Below are positions 1 through 9,749 of a stretch of DNA of 32,000 nt, in pieces. Made by a program: the position numbers and the translations under genes. Under the pieces are notes generated by a model. The model had not been told where the DNA came from, made no database searches, and saw only the letters and a list, made by a program, of their open reading frames with translations. This DNA is from Candidatus Methylomirabilis oxygeniifera (lineage in GTDB: Bacteria; Methylomirabilota; Methylomirabilia; Methylomirabilales; Methylomirabilaceae), in contig FP565575.1 of NCBI GenBank assembly GCA_000091165.1, forward strand, positions 2,460,001-2,492,000, in the 5' to 3' direction. Numbering within the stretch: position 1 is the stretch's first letter; every line of letters starts with the position of its first letter.

Positions 1-69
1 GGGAAGTACCCTGATTTGATTTCTGTCGGCCAGCGCCTCGCAACGCTACCATGGGTACGGGGTTACCGA

Positions 70-386
70 TGCACGAGATCGTACAAAACCGGAAGGAAGT
101 CCTCGAACGCCTGAAATCAGCCGAGGCCGCAATCCGTGCGCTGGGAGTTCGGCGACTGGCGCTCTTTGGATCGTTTGTTCGAGAAACGGCGTCGCTCGAA
201 AGCGATGTCGATGTTTTGGTCGAGTTCGAGCCAGAACGCAAAACATATGACCGATTTCTCGATCTCTCGGAACTCCTGGAGCGCCTGCTTGGACGTCGGG
301 TTGAGATCGTGACGACCGAGTCGCTGAGTCCTTATCTTGGTGCTTACATCCTTTCCGAGGCCAGAGATGTCATTCGAGCCGCTTGA
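70..386 (+). CDS. MNT-domain nucleotidyltransferase (MntA-like antitoxin); ORF opens at 51 but an internal ATG at 69-71 is a plausible start
   Basis: Translated product contains [20 protein letters not shown], matching the minimal nucleotidyltransferase GSxxR...SDxDxxV signature. Overlaps the downstream HepT-like ORF. The exact start is uncertain. Confidence 0.85.
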
Positions 387-729
387 GTACCTGCGTCACA
401 TCCTGATCGAGGCAGACTATCTGGTCGAGCAGTGCGTATCGCTCAGCAAGGAGCAATTACTGGCCGACGAGACCTTACGCCGGGCGTTTGTACGCAGTCT
501 GGAGATCATTGGTGAGGCTGCTAAGAAAGTGCCCGATGCGTTTCGTGAGCAACATCCGGAGGTAGAATGGCGGGCAATGGCCGGCATGCGCGACCGGCTG
601 ATTCACGGGTACTTCGGTGTGGATTACGAGCTTGTGTGGGATGCCGTAAAGAACAAAGTGCCCGCGTTAAGGGGGCAAATCGGAAACATCCTCCGCGATG
701 CGGATAGCCGTTCCACTTCTTCAGGCTGA
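367..729 (+). CDS. HepT-like HEPN (DUF86) RNase toxin
   Basis: [16 protein letters not shown]...[14 protein letters not shown]...[18 protein letters not shown] carries the Rx4HxY HepT motif (RDRLIHGY). The ATG at 367-369 overlaps the antitoxin gene by 20 bp. Confidence 0.88.
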   Translation: MSFEPLEYLRHILIEADYLVEQCVSLSKEQLLADETLRRAFVRSLEIIGEAAKKVPDAFREQHPEVEWRAMAGMRDRLIHGYFGVDYELVWDAVKNKVPALRGQIGNILRDADSRSTSSG

Positions 730-803
730 CGCAGAAACGACGCAGCTGAGCTTAGGCAAGAACACTACTCCCTAGACCATACGCCCTGATTTTCGGAGGC
801 ATA

Positions 804-3800
804 ATGCACCATTCCGATTTCGTCCATCTGCACGTTCATACTCAGTATAGCCTCCTGGATGGGGCCTGCTCCCTGGAGACGCTGGTGGCCAAGGCGAAGG
901 AGTATAAGATGCCCGCCTTGGCCATGACCGATCACGGCAACCTCTTCGGGGCGATCGACTTTTACACCCTGGCGATGAAGGAAGGGATAAAGCCGATCAT
1001 CGGCAGTGAGGTGTATATTGCCCCCGGCAGCCGTTTCGAGAAGTCCAATCAGGACAGCGGCTACGAAGGTGCCAGCCACATCACCCTGCTGGCCAAGGAC
1101 CAGGTCGGCTATCGGAATTTGATGAAGCTGGTGTCGGCCGGCTATCTGGAGGGGTTCTACTATAAGCCGCGAATCGACCGGGAGCTGTTCGCCCAACATT
1201 GTCAAGGCCTCATTGCCCTCTCCGGCTGCCTGAACAGCGAGGCGGCCAAAGCGCTGCTGGATGGGGACGAGGCGCGGGCCAAGGAGACTGTCGGTTGGTA
1301 CATGGATGCGCTGGGGCGCGAGAACTACTTTTTGGAGGTTCAGAACCACGGGATAGCGGAGCAGAAGACAGTCACTGACGGAGTCCTGCGGCTCGCCAAA
1401 GCATTCGACCTGCCGATTGTCGCCACCAACGACCTGCACTATCCCAGCAAAGAAGACGCGCGCGCCCATGAGGTGCTGCTCTGCATCCAGACCGGGAAGA
1501 CGATTCAGGACAAGGATCGCTGGCGCTTTTCCACCGATCAGTTCTACTTCAAATCGGCGGCGGAGATGAAGCAGATCTTTGCCGAGCTGCCGGAGGCGGT
1601 CAGGAACACCATTACTGTGGCCGAGCGGTGCAACCTCCAGCTCCAGTTCGGGCAGCTTCGCCTGCCCCGGTATCAGGTACCCGAAGGCCAGACCCTCGAG
1701 TCCTACCTGGCCCATCTGGCCTGGGAGGGACTGAAGATCCGATACCCGGACGCGAATGTCGAGGTTGAAGCGCGCCTGAAGTACGAGCTGGACGTTATCC
1801 AGAAGACCGGTTTCTCCGGTTACTTCCTGGTGGTCTGGGACTTCATCAAGTTCGCCAAAGATCGAGGGATCTCGGTCGGCCCCGGCCGTGGCTCCGCGGC
1901 CGCCTCGCTGGTCGCCTATTGCCTCAACATTACAAATATCGATCCGCTCCGGTACGGCCTGATCTTTGAGCGATTCCTGAACCCCGAACGGATTAGTATG
2001 CCGGATATGGACATCGACTTCAGCGACGACCGGCGGGACGAGGTGATCGAGTATGTGACCCGGAAATATGGCGCCGACAATGTCGCCCAGATCATTACGT
2101 TCGGGACGATGGGGGCCAAGGCGGTCATACGGGACGTTGGGCGGGGCCTGGGGATGCCCTATGCCGAGGTGGACAAGATTGCCAAGCTGGTGCCCAACCG
2201 GATCAATATCAGTCTGGACGAGGCGATTGCCGAGAGCCCGCCGCTGACCGAGGCGGTACAAAATCGGACAGAGGTCGGGGAGTTGTGGCAGGTTGCCAAG
2301 TGCCTGGAGGGGCTGACACGGCACGCCTCAACCCACGCGGCGGGCGTCGTCATCTCCGGCGATCCGCTCACCGAGCATGTCCCGCTGTACAAAGATCCCA
2401 AGGCCGGCAGCAAGCCGACCACCCAGTACGCCATGAAGGCCATCGAGAAGATCGGCCTGTTGAAGGTCGATTTCCTGGGCCTGCGAACGCTGACGGTCAT
2501 CGCCAACACGCTGGAACTGATCGCCTCCGGACGCGGGGATAAGATCACAATCGAGAAGATCCCCCTCGATGACCCGGCGGTCTTTTCCCTGCTTAGCGAG
2601 GCGCGGACCTTCGGAGTGTTTCAACTGGAATCCTCGGGAATGCGGGATCTGATGCGGCGTCTGAAGCCGGAACGGCTGGAGGACGTCATCGCCCTCGTGG
2701 CGCTCTACCGACCAGGACCGATGGTGATGATCGATGATTTCATCAACCGTAAGAACGGAAAGGTCAAGATCCGCTACGACCACCCGTTGATGGAGACGAT
2801 CCTCAAAGAGACCTATGGGATCATGGTCTACCAGGAACAGGTCATGCGAATCGCCTCTGATCTCGCCGGATTCTCGATGGGAGAGGCGGATGTGCTGCGC
2901 AAGGCAATGGGCAAGAAAGACCCCGAGATGATGGATCAACAACGGAAGAAGTTTGTCGACGGGGCCAAGGTTAAAGGGGTTCAGGCGCGGACCGCAGAAA
3001 AGATCTTCGACAAGATGGCCCCCTTTGCGGGATATGCCTTCAACAAACCTCACGCGACCTCTTACGCTCTCTTGGCCTATCAGACCGCCTACCTGAAGGC
3101 CCATTATCCGGTAGAATTCATGGCGGCCCTCCTCACCTCAGAGATGGCGGATACCGACGGGATCGTCAAGTATATCGACGAGTGCAAACAGATGGGGATT
3201 ACGGTTCTGCCGCCCGACGTCAATGAGTCGGAAAGCCGCTTTACTGTGGTGGGAGAGCAGATTCGGTTCGGACTGGTGGCCATCAAGAACGTCGGTGAGA
3301 CGGCCATTCAGTCGATCCTGGCCACACGGCGGGACAAGGGTCCTTTCCGATCCCTCTTTGACTTCTGCGAGCGGGTGGATCTGCGGCTGACAAACAAACG
3401 GGTCATCGAAAGCCTGATCAAGTGCGGGGCATTTGACTCCCTCGGGGCGGCGAGGGCTCAACTCATAGCTGTTGCCGATAAGGCGATGGAGGCCGGCGCC
3501 GGCACACAGCGGGAGCGTAGCCACGGCCAAGGCTCACTGCTGGACGTCTTGGAGGCTACGGGCGGCCTCAGCCAACAGGCTGAAGCCCTTCCGGCTATTC
3601 CGGAATGGTCGCCGACTCAACGCCTGGCCGCCGAAAAGGAGACGTTGGGCTTCTACGTCACCGGCCATCCGCTGGCCGATTACCGGGATGTCATCGCAAA
3701 GGTTGGGGCCGTCACGACCGATCGCCTCGCGGCCTGTCAGGACAAAGAGACAGTCACGCTGTGCGCCATCGTGTCCGCCGTAAAGGAGATTACCACGAAG

Positions 3801-4244
3801 AGCGGGGATCGGATGGCCTTTGTGACGTTCGAGGACATGGCGGGGACGGTGGAGGCGGTGGCATTTCCTGAGCTGTATAAGGCGAACCTGCTCCACTTGG
3901 TGAAGGGTGCGGCCGTCATGGTAAAGGGACAGGTGGACGTAGGCGAAGAGGTGGTCAAGTTGCTCTTGGCAGAGGTGAGTCCCCTTGCAAATGCCAGACG
4001 CAACGGCAAGTCGGTGGTGGAGATCACCGTAGAGGAAGCGCGCCTGTCCGACCCAATGCTGGAGCAGTTAAAAGGCGTACTGCTGAAATTTCCTGGATCT
4101 ATTCCTGTCAGACTTCACCTGAGCGTTGCGCCGGGCGCCCAGGTCACCGTTGCCGCCTCGCCGGACCTGACCGTTGCCGCGAACGAGCGGCTCAGGCAAG
4201 AGGTGGAGGCCCTGTTGGGTCCTGGTTCGATCACCGGAGCGTGA
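804..4244 (+). CDS. dnaE: DNA polymerase III subunit alpha
   Basis: 1146 aa. PHP domain HLHVHTQYSLLDGACS, PDMDIDFSDDRRDEVIEYV, GPGRGSAAASLVAYCL, YAFNKPHATSYALLAYQTAYLKAHYP and a C-terminal OB-fold region. Confidence 0.98.
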   Translation: MHHSDFVHLHVHTQYSLLDGACSLETLVAKAKEYKMPALAMTDHGNLFGAIDFYTLAMKEGIKPIIGSEVYIAPGSRFEKSNQDSGYEGASHITLLAKDQVGYRNLMKLVSAGYLEGFYYKPRIDRELFAQHCQGLIALSGCLNSEAAKALLDGDEARAKETVGWYMDALGRENYFLEVQNHGIAEQKTVTDGVLRLAKAFDLPIVATNDLHYPSKEDARAHEVLLCIQTGKTIQDKDRWRFSTDQFYFKSAAEMKQIFAELPEAVRNTITVAERCNLQLQFGQLRLPRYQVPEGQTLESYLAHLAWEGLKIRYPDANVEVEARLKYELDVIQKTGFSGYFLVVWDFIKFAKDRGISVGPGRGSAAASLVAYCLNITNIDPLRYGLIFERFLNPERISMPDMDIDFSDDRRDEVIEYVTRKYGADNVAQIITFGTMGAKAVIRDVGRGLGMPYAEVDKIAKLVPNRINISLDEAIAESPPLTEAVQNRTEVGELWQVAKCLEGLTRHASTHAAGVVISGDPLTEHVPLYKDPKAGSKPTTQYAMKAIEKIGLLKVDFLGLRTLTVIANTLELIASGRGDKITIEKIPLDDPAVFSLLSEARTFGVFQLESSGMRDLMRRLKPERLEDVIALVALYRPGPMVMIDDFINRKNGKVKIRYDHPLMETILKETYGIMVYQEQVMRIASDLAGFSMGEADVLRKAMGKKDPEMMDQQRKKFVDGAKVKGVQARTAEKIFDKMAPFAGYAFNKPHATSYALLAYQTAYLKAHYPVEFMAALLTSEMADTDGIVKYIDECKQMGITVLPPDVNESESRFTVVGEQIRFGLVAIKNVGETAIQSILATRRDKGPFRSLFDFCERVDLRLTNKRVIESLIKCGAFDSLGAARAQLIAVADKAMEAGAGTQRERSHGQGSLLDVLEATGGLSQQAEALPAIPEWSPTQRLAAEKETLGFYVTGHPLADYRDVIAKVGAVTTDRLAACQDKETVTLCAIVSAVKEITTKSGDRMAFVTFEDMAGTVEAVAFPELYKANLLHLVKGAAVMVKGQVDVGEEVVKLLLAEVSPLANARRNGKSVVEITVEEARLSDPMLEQLKGVLLKFPGSIPVRLHLSVAPGAQVTVAASPDLTVAANERLRQEVEALLGPGSITGA
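4152..4244 (+). repeat. Copy 1 of duplicated dnaE 3' end (functional copy)
   Basis: gccgcctcgccggacctgaccgt...ggttcgatcaccggagcgtga matches 5957-6049 at 83/93 positions. Weaker similarity continues past the stop (gtcagaaacttgcagcgt vs gtcagaaatctgcagcgt). Confidence 0.92.
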
Positions 4245-4342
4245 CCCAGGAGCTTCGGTCAGAAACTTGCAGCGTATTTGCGAGGAATAGACGGGGGTGT
4301 TGCTGTTTGTCGACGAACATTAACACTCGGACGGAGGAAACG

Positions 4343-5932
4343 ATGCGGAGTGTAACCGAATTGAGGCGATGTACGTTCAGTGACAGAGAGGCAGGCGCGT
4401 GGTGGCGGTACGTTACCTTGGCGGTCATGATGTTGATCACCTGGTGGAATCCCGGGATCTCCGAGGCCCAGTATACATATTCCCAACTCACCACCACCAC
4501 CGGGGACGGTAGCGCCAGCCCCTCTATCTCCGCTGACGGCACACGGATCGCCTTTCGCTCCAATCGCAATCTGACCGGCGGCAACTCCGATGGTAACTAT
4601 GAAATCTTCCTCTGGATTTCCGGCTCCGGCTTTACCCAGATCACTGACACCACTGGGGACAGTACCTACTCCTACCTTTCTATCTCCGCTGACGGCACAC
4701 GGATCGCCTTTCGCTCCAATCGCAATCTGACCGGCGGCAACTCCGATGGTAACTATGAAATCTTCCTCTGGATTTCCGGCTCCGGCTTTACCCAGATCAC
4801 TGACACCACTGGTGGCGAAAACTTCACCCCCTTCATCTCCGCTGACGGCACACGGATCGCCTTTGGCTCTAACCGCAACCTGGTTACTGGCGGTAATCTT
4901 GACGGGAACCCCGAAATCTTCCTTTGGACTGCCGGGTCCGGTTTTACTCAGGTTACGGCTACCAACGGTGCTAGCACTCACTACAACCCCTCCATCAATG
5001 CCGACGGCACCCGAATCGCCTTTTACTCTACTCACGACCTGACCGGCAGCAATCTGGACCACAATTCCGAGATCTTCCTCTGGACCTTCGGCTCCGGAGT
5101 CATCCAGATCACCAACACCACAGAGGGCGGAAGCGACACTCCCTCTATCTCCGCGGACGGTACCCGAATCGCCTTTGTCTCCACCGGTAACCCGGTTCCG
5201 GGCGGTAATCTCGACGGTAACTATGAAATCTTCCTCTGGACCGCCAGCTCCGGTTTTACCCAGGTTACTGCCACCACTGAAGGCTATAACTGGCAGCCCT
5301 TCATCTCCGCCGACGGTACCCGAATCGCCTTTGGTTCTAACCGCAACCTGACCGGTAGCAACCCCGACGGTAACTGGGAGACTTTCCTCTGGACCGCCTT
5401 CTTCGGCTTTGCCCAACTCACCACCACCACTGCAGGTGTCAGTTCTGGCCAATCTCTCAATACCGACGGCACCAAAATCGCCTTCGTCTCCACCAGCAAT
5501 CTGACCGGCGGCAACCCAGACGGTAACCCTGAGATCATCCTGGCCAGCAGCCCGTCGGTTGAGCTGGCGGCTGTCGGCTCCGGTCCTGGTCCCATGCTGA
5601 CCAATCCCGTATCGGTAAGCTATACACTCCAAGGGTGTAACAACAAGGAGATCTTTCTGGTTGTCAACGCCCCGGCTATGGGCATACCCTGGTCATACCT
5701 CGGCGCCTCAGGGTGGGTCTCGCTTCCGGCGGATCTTTCGACGGTCACCCCGTATCTAGGTAGTGGGCAAGCCGACGGCACCTATTCCCTCTATGCCGGT
5801 ACCGCCCCGGCAGGCACCTATGAGCTGTACTTGGGGTGCGACTATGTCATGGATGGCCACCTCAATATCGATACCAGCGCCGGCCTGAACCTGAACGGGG
5901 TCTATGACTATCTGTCGGTTACGGTGCAATAG
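4343..5932 (+). CDS. Exported seven-repeat PD40/TolB-like beta-propeller protein
   Basis: ATG at 4343 preceded by cggaggaaa. N-terminal hydrophobic signal segment. Seven repeats of the form SADGTRIAFxSNRNLTGGNxDGNxEIFLW, spaced about 51-52 aa. Confidence 0.88.
   Translation: MRSVTELRRCTFSDREAGAWWRYVTLAVMMLITWWNPGISEAQYTYSQLTTTTGDGSASPSISADGTRIAFRSNRNLTGGNSDGNYEIFLWISGSGFTQITDTTGDSTYSYLSISADGTRIAFRSNRNLTGGNSDGNYEIFLWISGSGFTQITDTTGGENFTPFISADGTRIAFGSNRNLVTGGNLDGNPEIFLWTAGSGFTQVTATNGASTHYNPSINADGTRIAFYSTHDLTGSNLDHNSEIFLWTFGSGVIQITNTTEGGSDTPSISADGTRIAFVSTGNPVPGGNLDGNYEIFLWTASSGFTQVTATTEGYNWQPFISADGTRIAFGSNRNLTGSNPDGNWETFLWTAFFGFAQLTTTTAGVSSGQSLNTDGTKIAFVSTSNLTGGNPDGNPEIILASSPSVELAAVGSGPGPMLTNPVSVSYTLQGCNNKEIFLVVNAPAMGIPWSYLGASGWVSLPADLSTVTPYLGSGQADGTYSLYAGTAPAGTYELYLGCDYVMDGHLNIDTSAGLNLNGVYDYLSVTVQ
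4523..4656 (+). repeat. Intragenic 134-bp perfect direct repeat, copy 1
   Basis: Identical to 4679-4812, offset 156 bp. Encodes blade 1 of the propeller. Confidence 0.93.
4679..4812 (+). repeat. Intragenic 134-bp perfect direct repeat, copy 2
   Basis: Identical to 4523-4656. Encodes blade 2. Confidence 0.93.
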
Positions 5933-5956
5933 CGAACAGGTGTTTGACTTCATTGG

Positions 5957-6049
5957 GCCGCCTCGCCGGACCTGACCGTCGCAACGAACGAGCAGCTCAA
6001 GCGAGAGGTTGAGACCCTGTTGGGTCCTGGTACGATCACCGGCGCGTGA
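5957..6049 (+). repeat. Copy 2 of dnaE 3' end (orphan, intergenic)
   Basis: Reads AASPDLTVATNEQLKREVETLLGPGTITGA* against the dnaE end AASPDLTVAANERLRQEVEALLGPGSITGA*. No upstream dnaE body. Confidence 0.92.
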
Positions 6050-6112
6050 CCTCAGGGACCCCGTCAGAAATCTGCAGCGTTTTTGCTGTGGGCTATCTCA
6101 CCACCTTCGGTA

Positions 6113-7456
6113 TCAGTGTCCGGCGACGGTCATACGGCGAAGCTTGACGGTGGGGGCGACGACGCTCTGGCGGAAGCTGAGATCGTTGCCTACCATTTCA
6201 ATCCCCAACAGCATCTCCTTGAGGTTGCCGGCGATGGTGATCTCGTGCACCGGATAGGTTAATTCCCCCTTCTCGATCCAGAATCCCACCGCACCCTGCG
6301 AGTAGTCACCGGTCACAAGGTTCACGCCGAAGCCGATCAGTTCGGTGACGTAAAGCCCGGCGTCCACCGAGCGAATGATCTCGGTCGGCTCATGCGGCCC
6401 GGATTGGAGGTAAAAGTTCGTGGGCCAGGCGGTCGGCGAATCGCCGGCGCCTCGGCTCGCGTTACCGGTCGGCTTCATCCCGAGCTTGCGGGCGGAATAG
6501 CTGTCAAGAAGGTAGCTGCGCAGGACGCCATTCTCTACGATGGTATTCCGTCGGGTCGGCAGCCCTTCGCCATCGAACGGCTTTGAGCCGAGATAGCCGG
6601 GTAACGTGCCGTCATCGTATACCGAGACGGTCTCAGCGGCGATCCGCTCACCCAGCTTGCCAACCAGAAACGATGCTCCACGATAGAGAGCGGGACCGCA
6701 GAGCGCGCCACAGATGATGCGCAACAGGTTTGTGGCAGTCTCAGGGTCGAAAACGACCGGAACCTCCTGAGTCTTGATCTTGCGTGCGCCTAGGCGCCTG
6801 AGGGTGCGCTCGGCCGCGCGCTTCCCGACCGCTTCAGGCGACTCCAGGGCGCCCAGGTGTCGGGCGCGTGAGTACCAGTGATCGCGTTGCATGCCGTCCT
6901 CAGACGAGGCGATGGGCGACACCGCGAGACTGAAGGTCGAGCCGCGATACTCACCCAGAAAACCTTGGCTGCTGCCATAGATGATCCGATACAGGTTACT
7001 CGCAAACTCCGCCCCTTCGGAGTTGGTGATCCTGCTGTCAGAGGAGAGGGCTGCAGTCTCGGCCGCCTTGGCCCGATCAAGCTGGTCTTTGACAGTGAGG
7101 GTCTCGCCGTCCGAATCATATAGGTTGAGATCCGGGATGTTCTTGGCGCATTCTTCCGTCGGCGGCAGCCCGGAGCACTCATCGCGGGCGATCGCCTTGG
7201 CCAGGACGGCCGTATCCTCCACCAATCGCGCGAGCGACTCCGTGGAGAGGTCTGAAGTCGAGCTGGTAGCCGACCGTTTGTCGAAAAAAAGCCGTAACCC
7301 AAGCCGGACCTCTTTAGCGCTCCGAAGCGTTTCGGTCTCTCCCAGCCTGACCTGGGTAGCAACCAACTCGTTCTCGGTCAGAACCAGGTCGGCCTCAGTG
7401 GCCCCTTTTCGCTTCGCCTCCTGCAACACTTCTTCGACGATCTGCCGGCTGATCAT
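6113..7456 (-). CDS. pmbA: TldD/PmbA family metalloprotease-like protein (PmbA)
   Basis: Starts MISRQIVEEVLQEAKRKGATEADLVL. Contains FVVFDPETATNLL-type core (VPVVFDPETATNLLRIICGAL) and NTIVENGVLRSYLLDSYSARKLGMKPTGNASRG. Start overlaps the tldD stop by ATGA. Confidence 0.93.
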   Translation of the reverse strand: MISRQIVEEVLQEAKRKGATEADLVLTENELVATQVRLGETETLRSAKEVRLGLRLFFDKRSATSSTSDLSTESLARLVEDTAVLAKAIARDECSGLPPTEECAKNIPDLNLYDSDGETLTVKDQLDRAKAAETAALSSDSRITNSEGAEFASNLYRIIYGSSQGFLGEYRGSTFSLAVSPIASSEDGMQRDHWYSRARHLGALESPEAVGKRAAERTLRRLGARKIKTQEVPVVFDPETATNLLRIICGALCGPALYRGASFLVGKLGERIAAETVSVYDDGTLPGYLGSKPFDGEGLPTRRNTIVENGVLRSYLLDSYSARKLGMKPTGNASRGAGDSPTAWPTNFYLQSGPHEPTEIIRSVDAGLYVTELIGFGVNLVTGDYSQGAVGFWIEKGELTYPVHEITIAGNLKEMLLGIEMVGNDLSFRQSVVAPTVKLRRMTVAGH

Positions 7457-8925
7457 TGAGCGCTCCCCCCTTTCGGCATGCCGAGGGTCCCGCCCACGGT
7501 CAGCCCCTCGATCTTTATGGTCGGCAGCCCGACGCCCACGGGAACACTTTGACCGTCCTTCCCGCACGTCCCGATCCCCTCATCCAGCTTCAGATCATTA
7601 CCCACCATGGTCACTCGGGTCAGGACTTCCGGACCGTGGCCGATCAGCGTGGCGCCCTTGACCGGCCTTGTGATCTTTCCGTCTTCGATGAGATAGGCCT
7701 CGCTGGCCGAAAAAACAAACTTACCGCTGGTGATATCCACCTGGCCGCCGCCGAAGGTCACCGCGTACAGCCCGTGCTTGACGGAACCGATGATCTCGTC
7801 AGGTGTCGAGTCGCCGGGCAGCATGAAGGTATTAGTCATGCGTGGAAGCGGTTGGTGGGCGTAACTTTCGCGTCGGCCGTTGCCTGTCGGCTCCATTCCC
7901 ATCAGGCGCGCATTCAGTCGGTCCTGCAGATAGCCGCGCAGGATGCCCTGCTCGATCAGGACGGTACGGCCGGTCGGCGTCCCCTCGTCATCGACATTCA
8001 GCGAGCCGCGGCGTCCGGGGATTGTGCCATCGTCCACCACGGTGACAAGTTCCGAGGCGACCCGCTGCCCGATCCGATCGCTGAAGGCCGAGGTCTTTTT
8101 CCGGTTGAAGTCGCCTTCAAGGCCGTGACCGATCGCCTCGTGCAGCAAGATCCCAGGCCATCCGGAACCGAGGACGACGTCCATCATTCCGGCAGGGGCA
8201 TCGGCTGCGCTGAGGTTCATGATGGCCAGTCGGGCGGCCTCCTTGGCATAACGCTCGAAGCGGCCTCCCTCCAGGAAGAACTCGAACTCGGCCCTGCCCC
8301 CCCCACCCCAGCTCCCTACCTGCCTGTTCTCGCCATCCTGGGCGATGCAGGTGATGCTCAGGCGTGAGAGCGGCTGGATGTCGCCGACCATGACGCCGGC
8401 CGAGGTCGCGATCAAGACGATCTTGGACTCGCAGGCAAATGATGCCATTACCTGGACGATCCGGGGGTCTTCTTTCCTGACGATGGCGTCGATTCGGTGG
8501 AGCAGATCGATCTTTTTCTCCAGCGGAATCTCTACCGGCTGGACGCGAATCGGGTACAGATCATGGGACGGCGCACTGCCAACCTTCACCGGAGGAGGCG
8601 TACCGGCGTCTGCCCGCTCAGCGATCCCCTTAGCCCGCGAACCGGCGAGTTTCAGGTTCTCCACACTGATCTCGTCGGAAAATGCGTACCCGGTCTTCTC
8701 GTGAGCGAGGGCTCGGACTCCGACCCCCTGGTTGATATGCTTCGTCGCCTGTTTGATGATCCCCTCTTCGAGCGCCAGGGACTCACTGACTCGGTACTCA
8801 AAGTACAGGTCTGCGTCATCGATCTGGCTGCCAAGGGCGGCGCCCAATCCCTGCTCAAGGTGCCGCTCCGTCAATCCGAACTTTTCCAGGAAAAACCGCT
8901 CCGGTTTTATCGGGTGTATCGTCAT
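7453..8925 (-). CDS. tldD: TldD metalloprotease
   Basis: 490 aa. Contains GSGWPGILLHEAIGHGLEGDFNRKKTSAFS, matching the TldD HExxxH motif (HEAIGH), and RMTNTFMLPGD. Confidence 0.96.
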   Translation of the reverse strand: MTIHPIKPERFFLEKFGLTERHLEQGLGAALGSQIDDADLYFEYRVSESLALEEGIIKQATKHINQGVGVRALAHEKTGYAFSDEISVENLKLAGSRAKGIAERADAGTPPPVKVGSAPSHDLYPIRVQPVEIPLEKKIDLLHRIDAIVRKEDPRIVQVMASFACESKIVLIATSAGVMVGDIQPLSRLSITCIAQDGENRQVGSWGGGGRAEFEFFLEGGRFERYAKEAARLAIMNLSAADAPAGMMDVVLGSGWPGILLHEAIGHGLEGDFNRKKTSAFSDRIGQRVASELVTVVDDGTIPGRRGSLNVDDEGTPTGRTVLIEQGILRGYLQDRLNARLMGMEPTGNGRRESYAHQPLPRMTNTFMLPGDSTPDEIIGSVKHGLYAVTFGGGQVDITSGKFVFSASEAYLIEDGKITRPVKGATLIGHGPEVLTRVTMVGNDLKLDEGIGTCGKDGQSVPVGVGLPTIKIEGLTVGGTLGMPKGGSAQ

Positions 8926-9032
8926 CCAGTCCTCACTCTCTCTTAAGCGGTCAGCGATCAGCCATCAGCTTGCTGATGGTTTATACCGGAATGTTATTGA
9001 AATCGACCGTACAACTTTTTATACTACCGCCC

Positions 9033-9749
9033 ATGCCCCTCGTCAACAATCACTTCCCGGATCCTGTCATCAGGCGAAAATTTCAACAGCGACTCCTGCG
9101 CTGGTATGCGCGTCATCGGCGCGACCTGCCGTGGCGGAAGACCTCCGACCCGTACAAAATTTTGGTATCGGAGGTGATGCTGCAGCAGACCCAGGTCGAT
9201 CGGGTCGTCCCCAAGTATCAGGAGTTCATCCGAAAATATCCCACGCTGCAAGAGTTGGCCGGCGCTTCGGTCAGTGACGTCGAGGCCTCGTGGCGGCCGC
9301 TCGGCTACAATATTCGACCGGTCCGCTTGCACGCCATCGCGCAACAGGCTGTTGACCAACACGGCGGCAAGATCCCGAGCTCATTGGAGGAGCTCCAGGC
9401 ATTCAAGGGGATTGGCCGCTACACTGCCGGCGCAGTGATGAGCTTTGCCTTCCGCAAAGATGCCCCGATCCTCGATACCAACGTGAAAAGGCTGCTGCAG
9501 CGGGTCTTTCTTGGCCCGATAAAAAGTAACGGCTCGAAGTCAGTAAAACATCTCTGGGACCTCTCGACTGTCTTGATCCCCAACGGTAAAGCGTACGACT
9601 TTAACCAGGCCATGATGGACTTCGGCGCGCTCATCTGCACCGCCCGGAAGCCCAACTGCCCAATCTGCCCCATGCGGCCGCTCTGCCGCTCCTATCCACA
9701 AGATAAGGATCACACGCCATGCCCGAAGCCGCGCCGACCGTCGAGGTAG
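9033..9749 (+). CDS. MutY-type A/G-specific adenine glycosylase catalytic and FeS region, lacking a fused C-terminal MutT-like domain (ORF opens at 8970)
   Basis: LPWRKTSDPYKILVSEVMLQQTQVDRVVPKY, FKGIGRYTAGAVMSFAFRKDAPILDTNVKRLLQR and the C-x6-C-x2-C-x5-C cluster CTARKPNCPICPMRPLC. Confidence 0.9.
   Translation: MPLVNNHFPDPVIRRKFQQRLLRWYARHRRDLPWRKTSDPYKILVSEVMLQQTQVDRVVPKYQEFIRKYPTLQELAGASVSDVEASWRPLGYNIRPVRLHAIAQQAVDQHGGKIPSSLEELQAFKGIGRYTAGAVMSFAFRKDAPILDTNVKRLLQRVFLGPIKSNGSKSVKHLWDLSTVLIPNGKAYDFNQAMMDFGALICTARKPNCPICPMRPLCRSYPQDKDHTPCPKPRRPSR

Noticed and set aside
765-3530. Long minus-strand ORFs (519, 258 and 130 aa) antisense to dnaE
   Set aside because: They mirror a well-supported dnaE frame in GC-rich DNA and lack recognisable motifs.
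4523-4988. Possible CRISPR-like direct repeats
   Set aside because: Repeat units are 129-156 bp, coding and without short spacers. They are propeller blades.
4259-5632. 457-aa minus-strand ORF with repeats
   Set aside because: Antisense shadow of the PD40 repeats on the plus strand.
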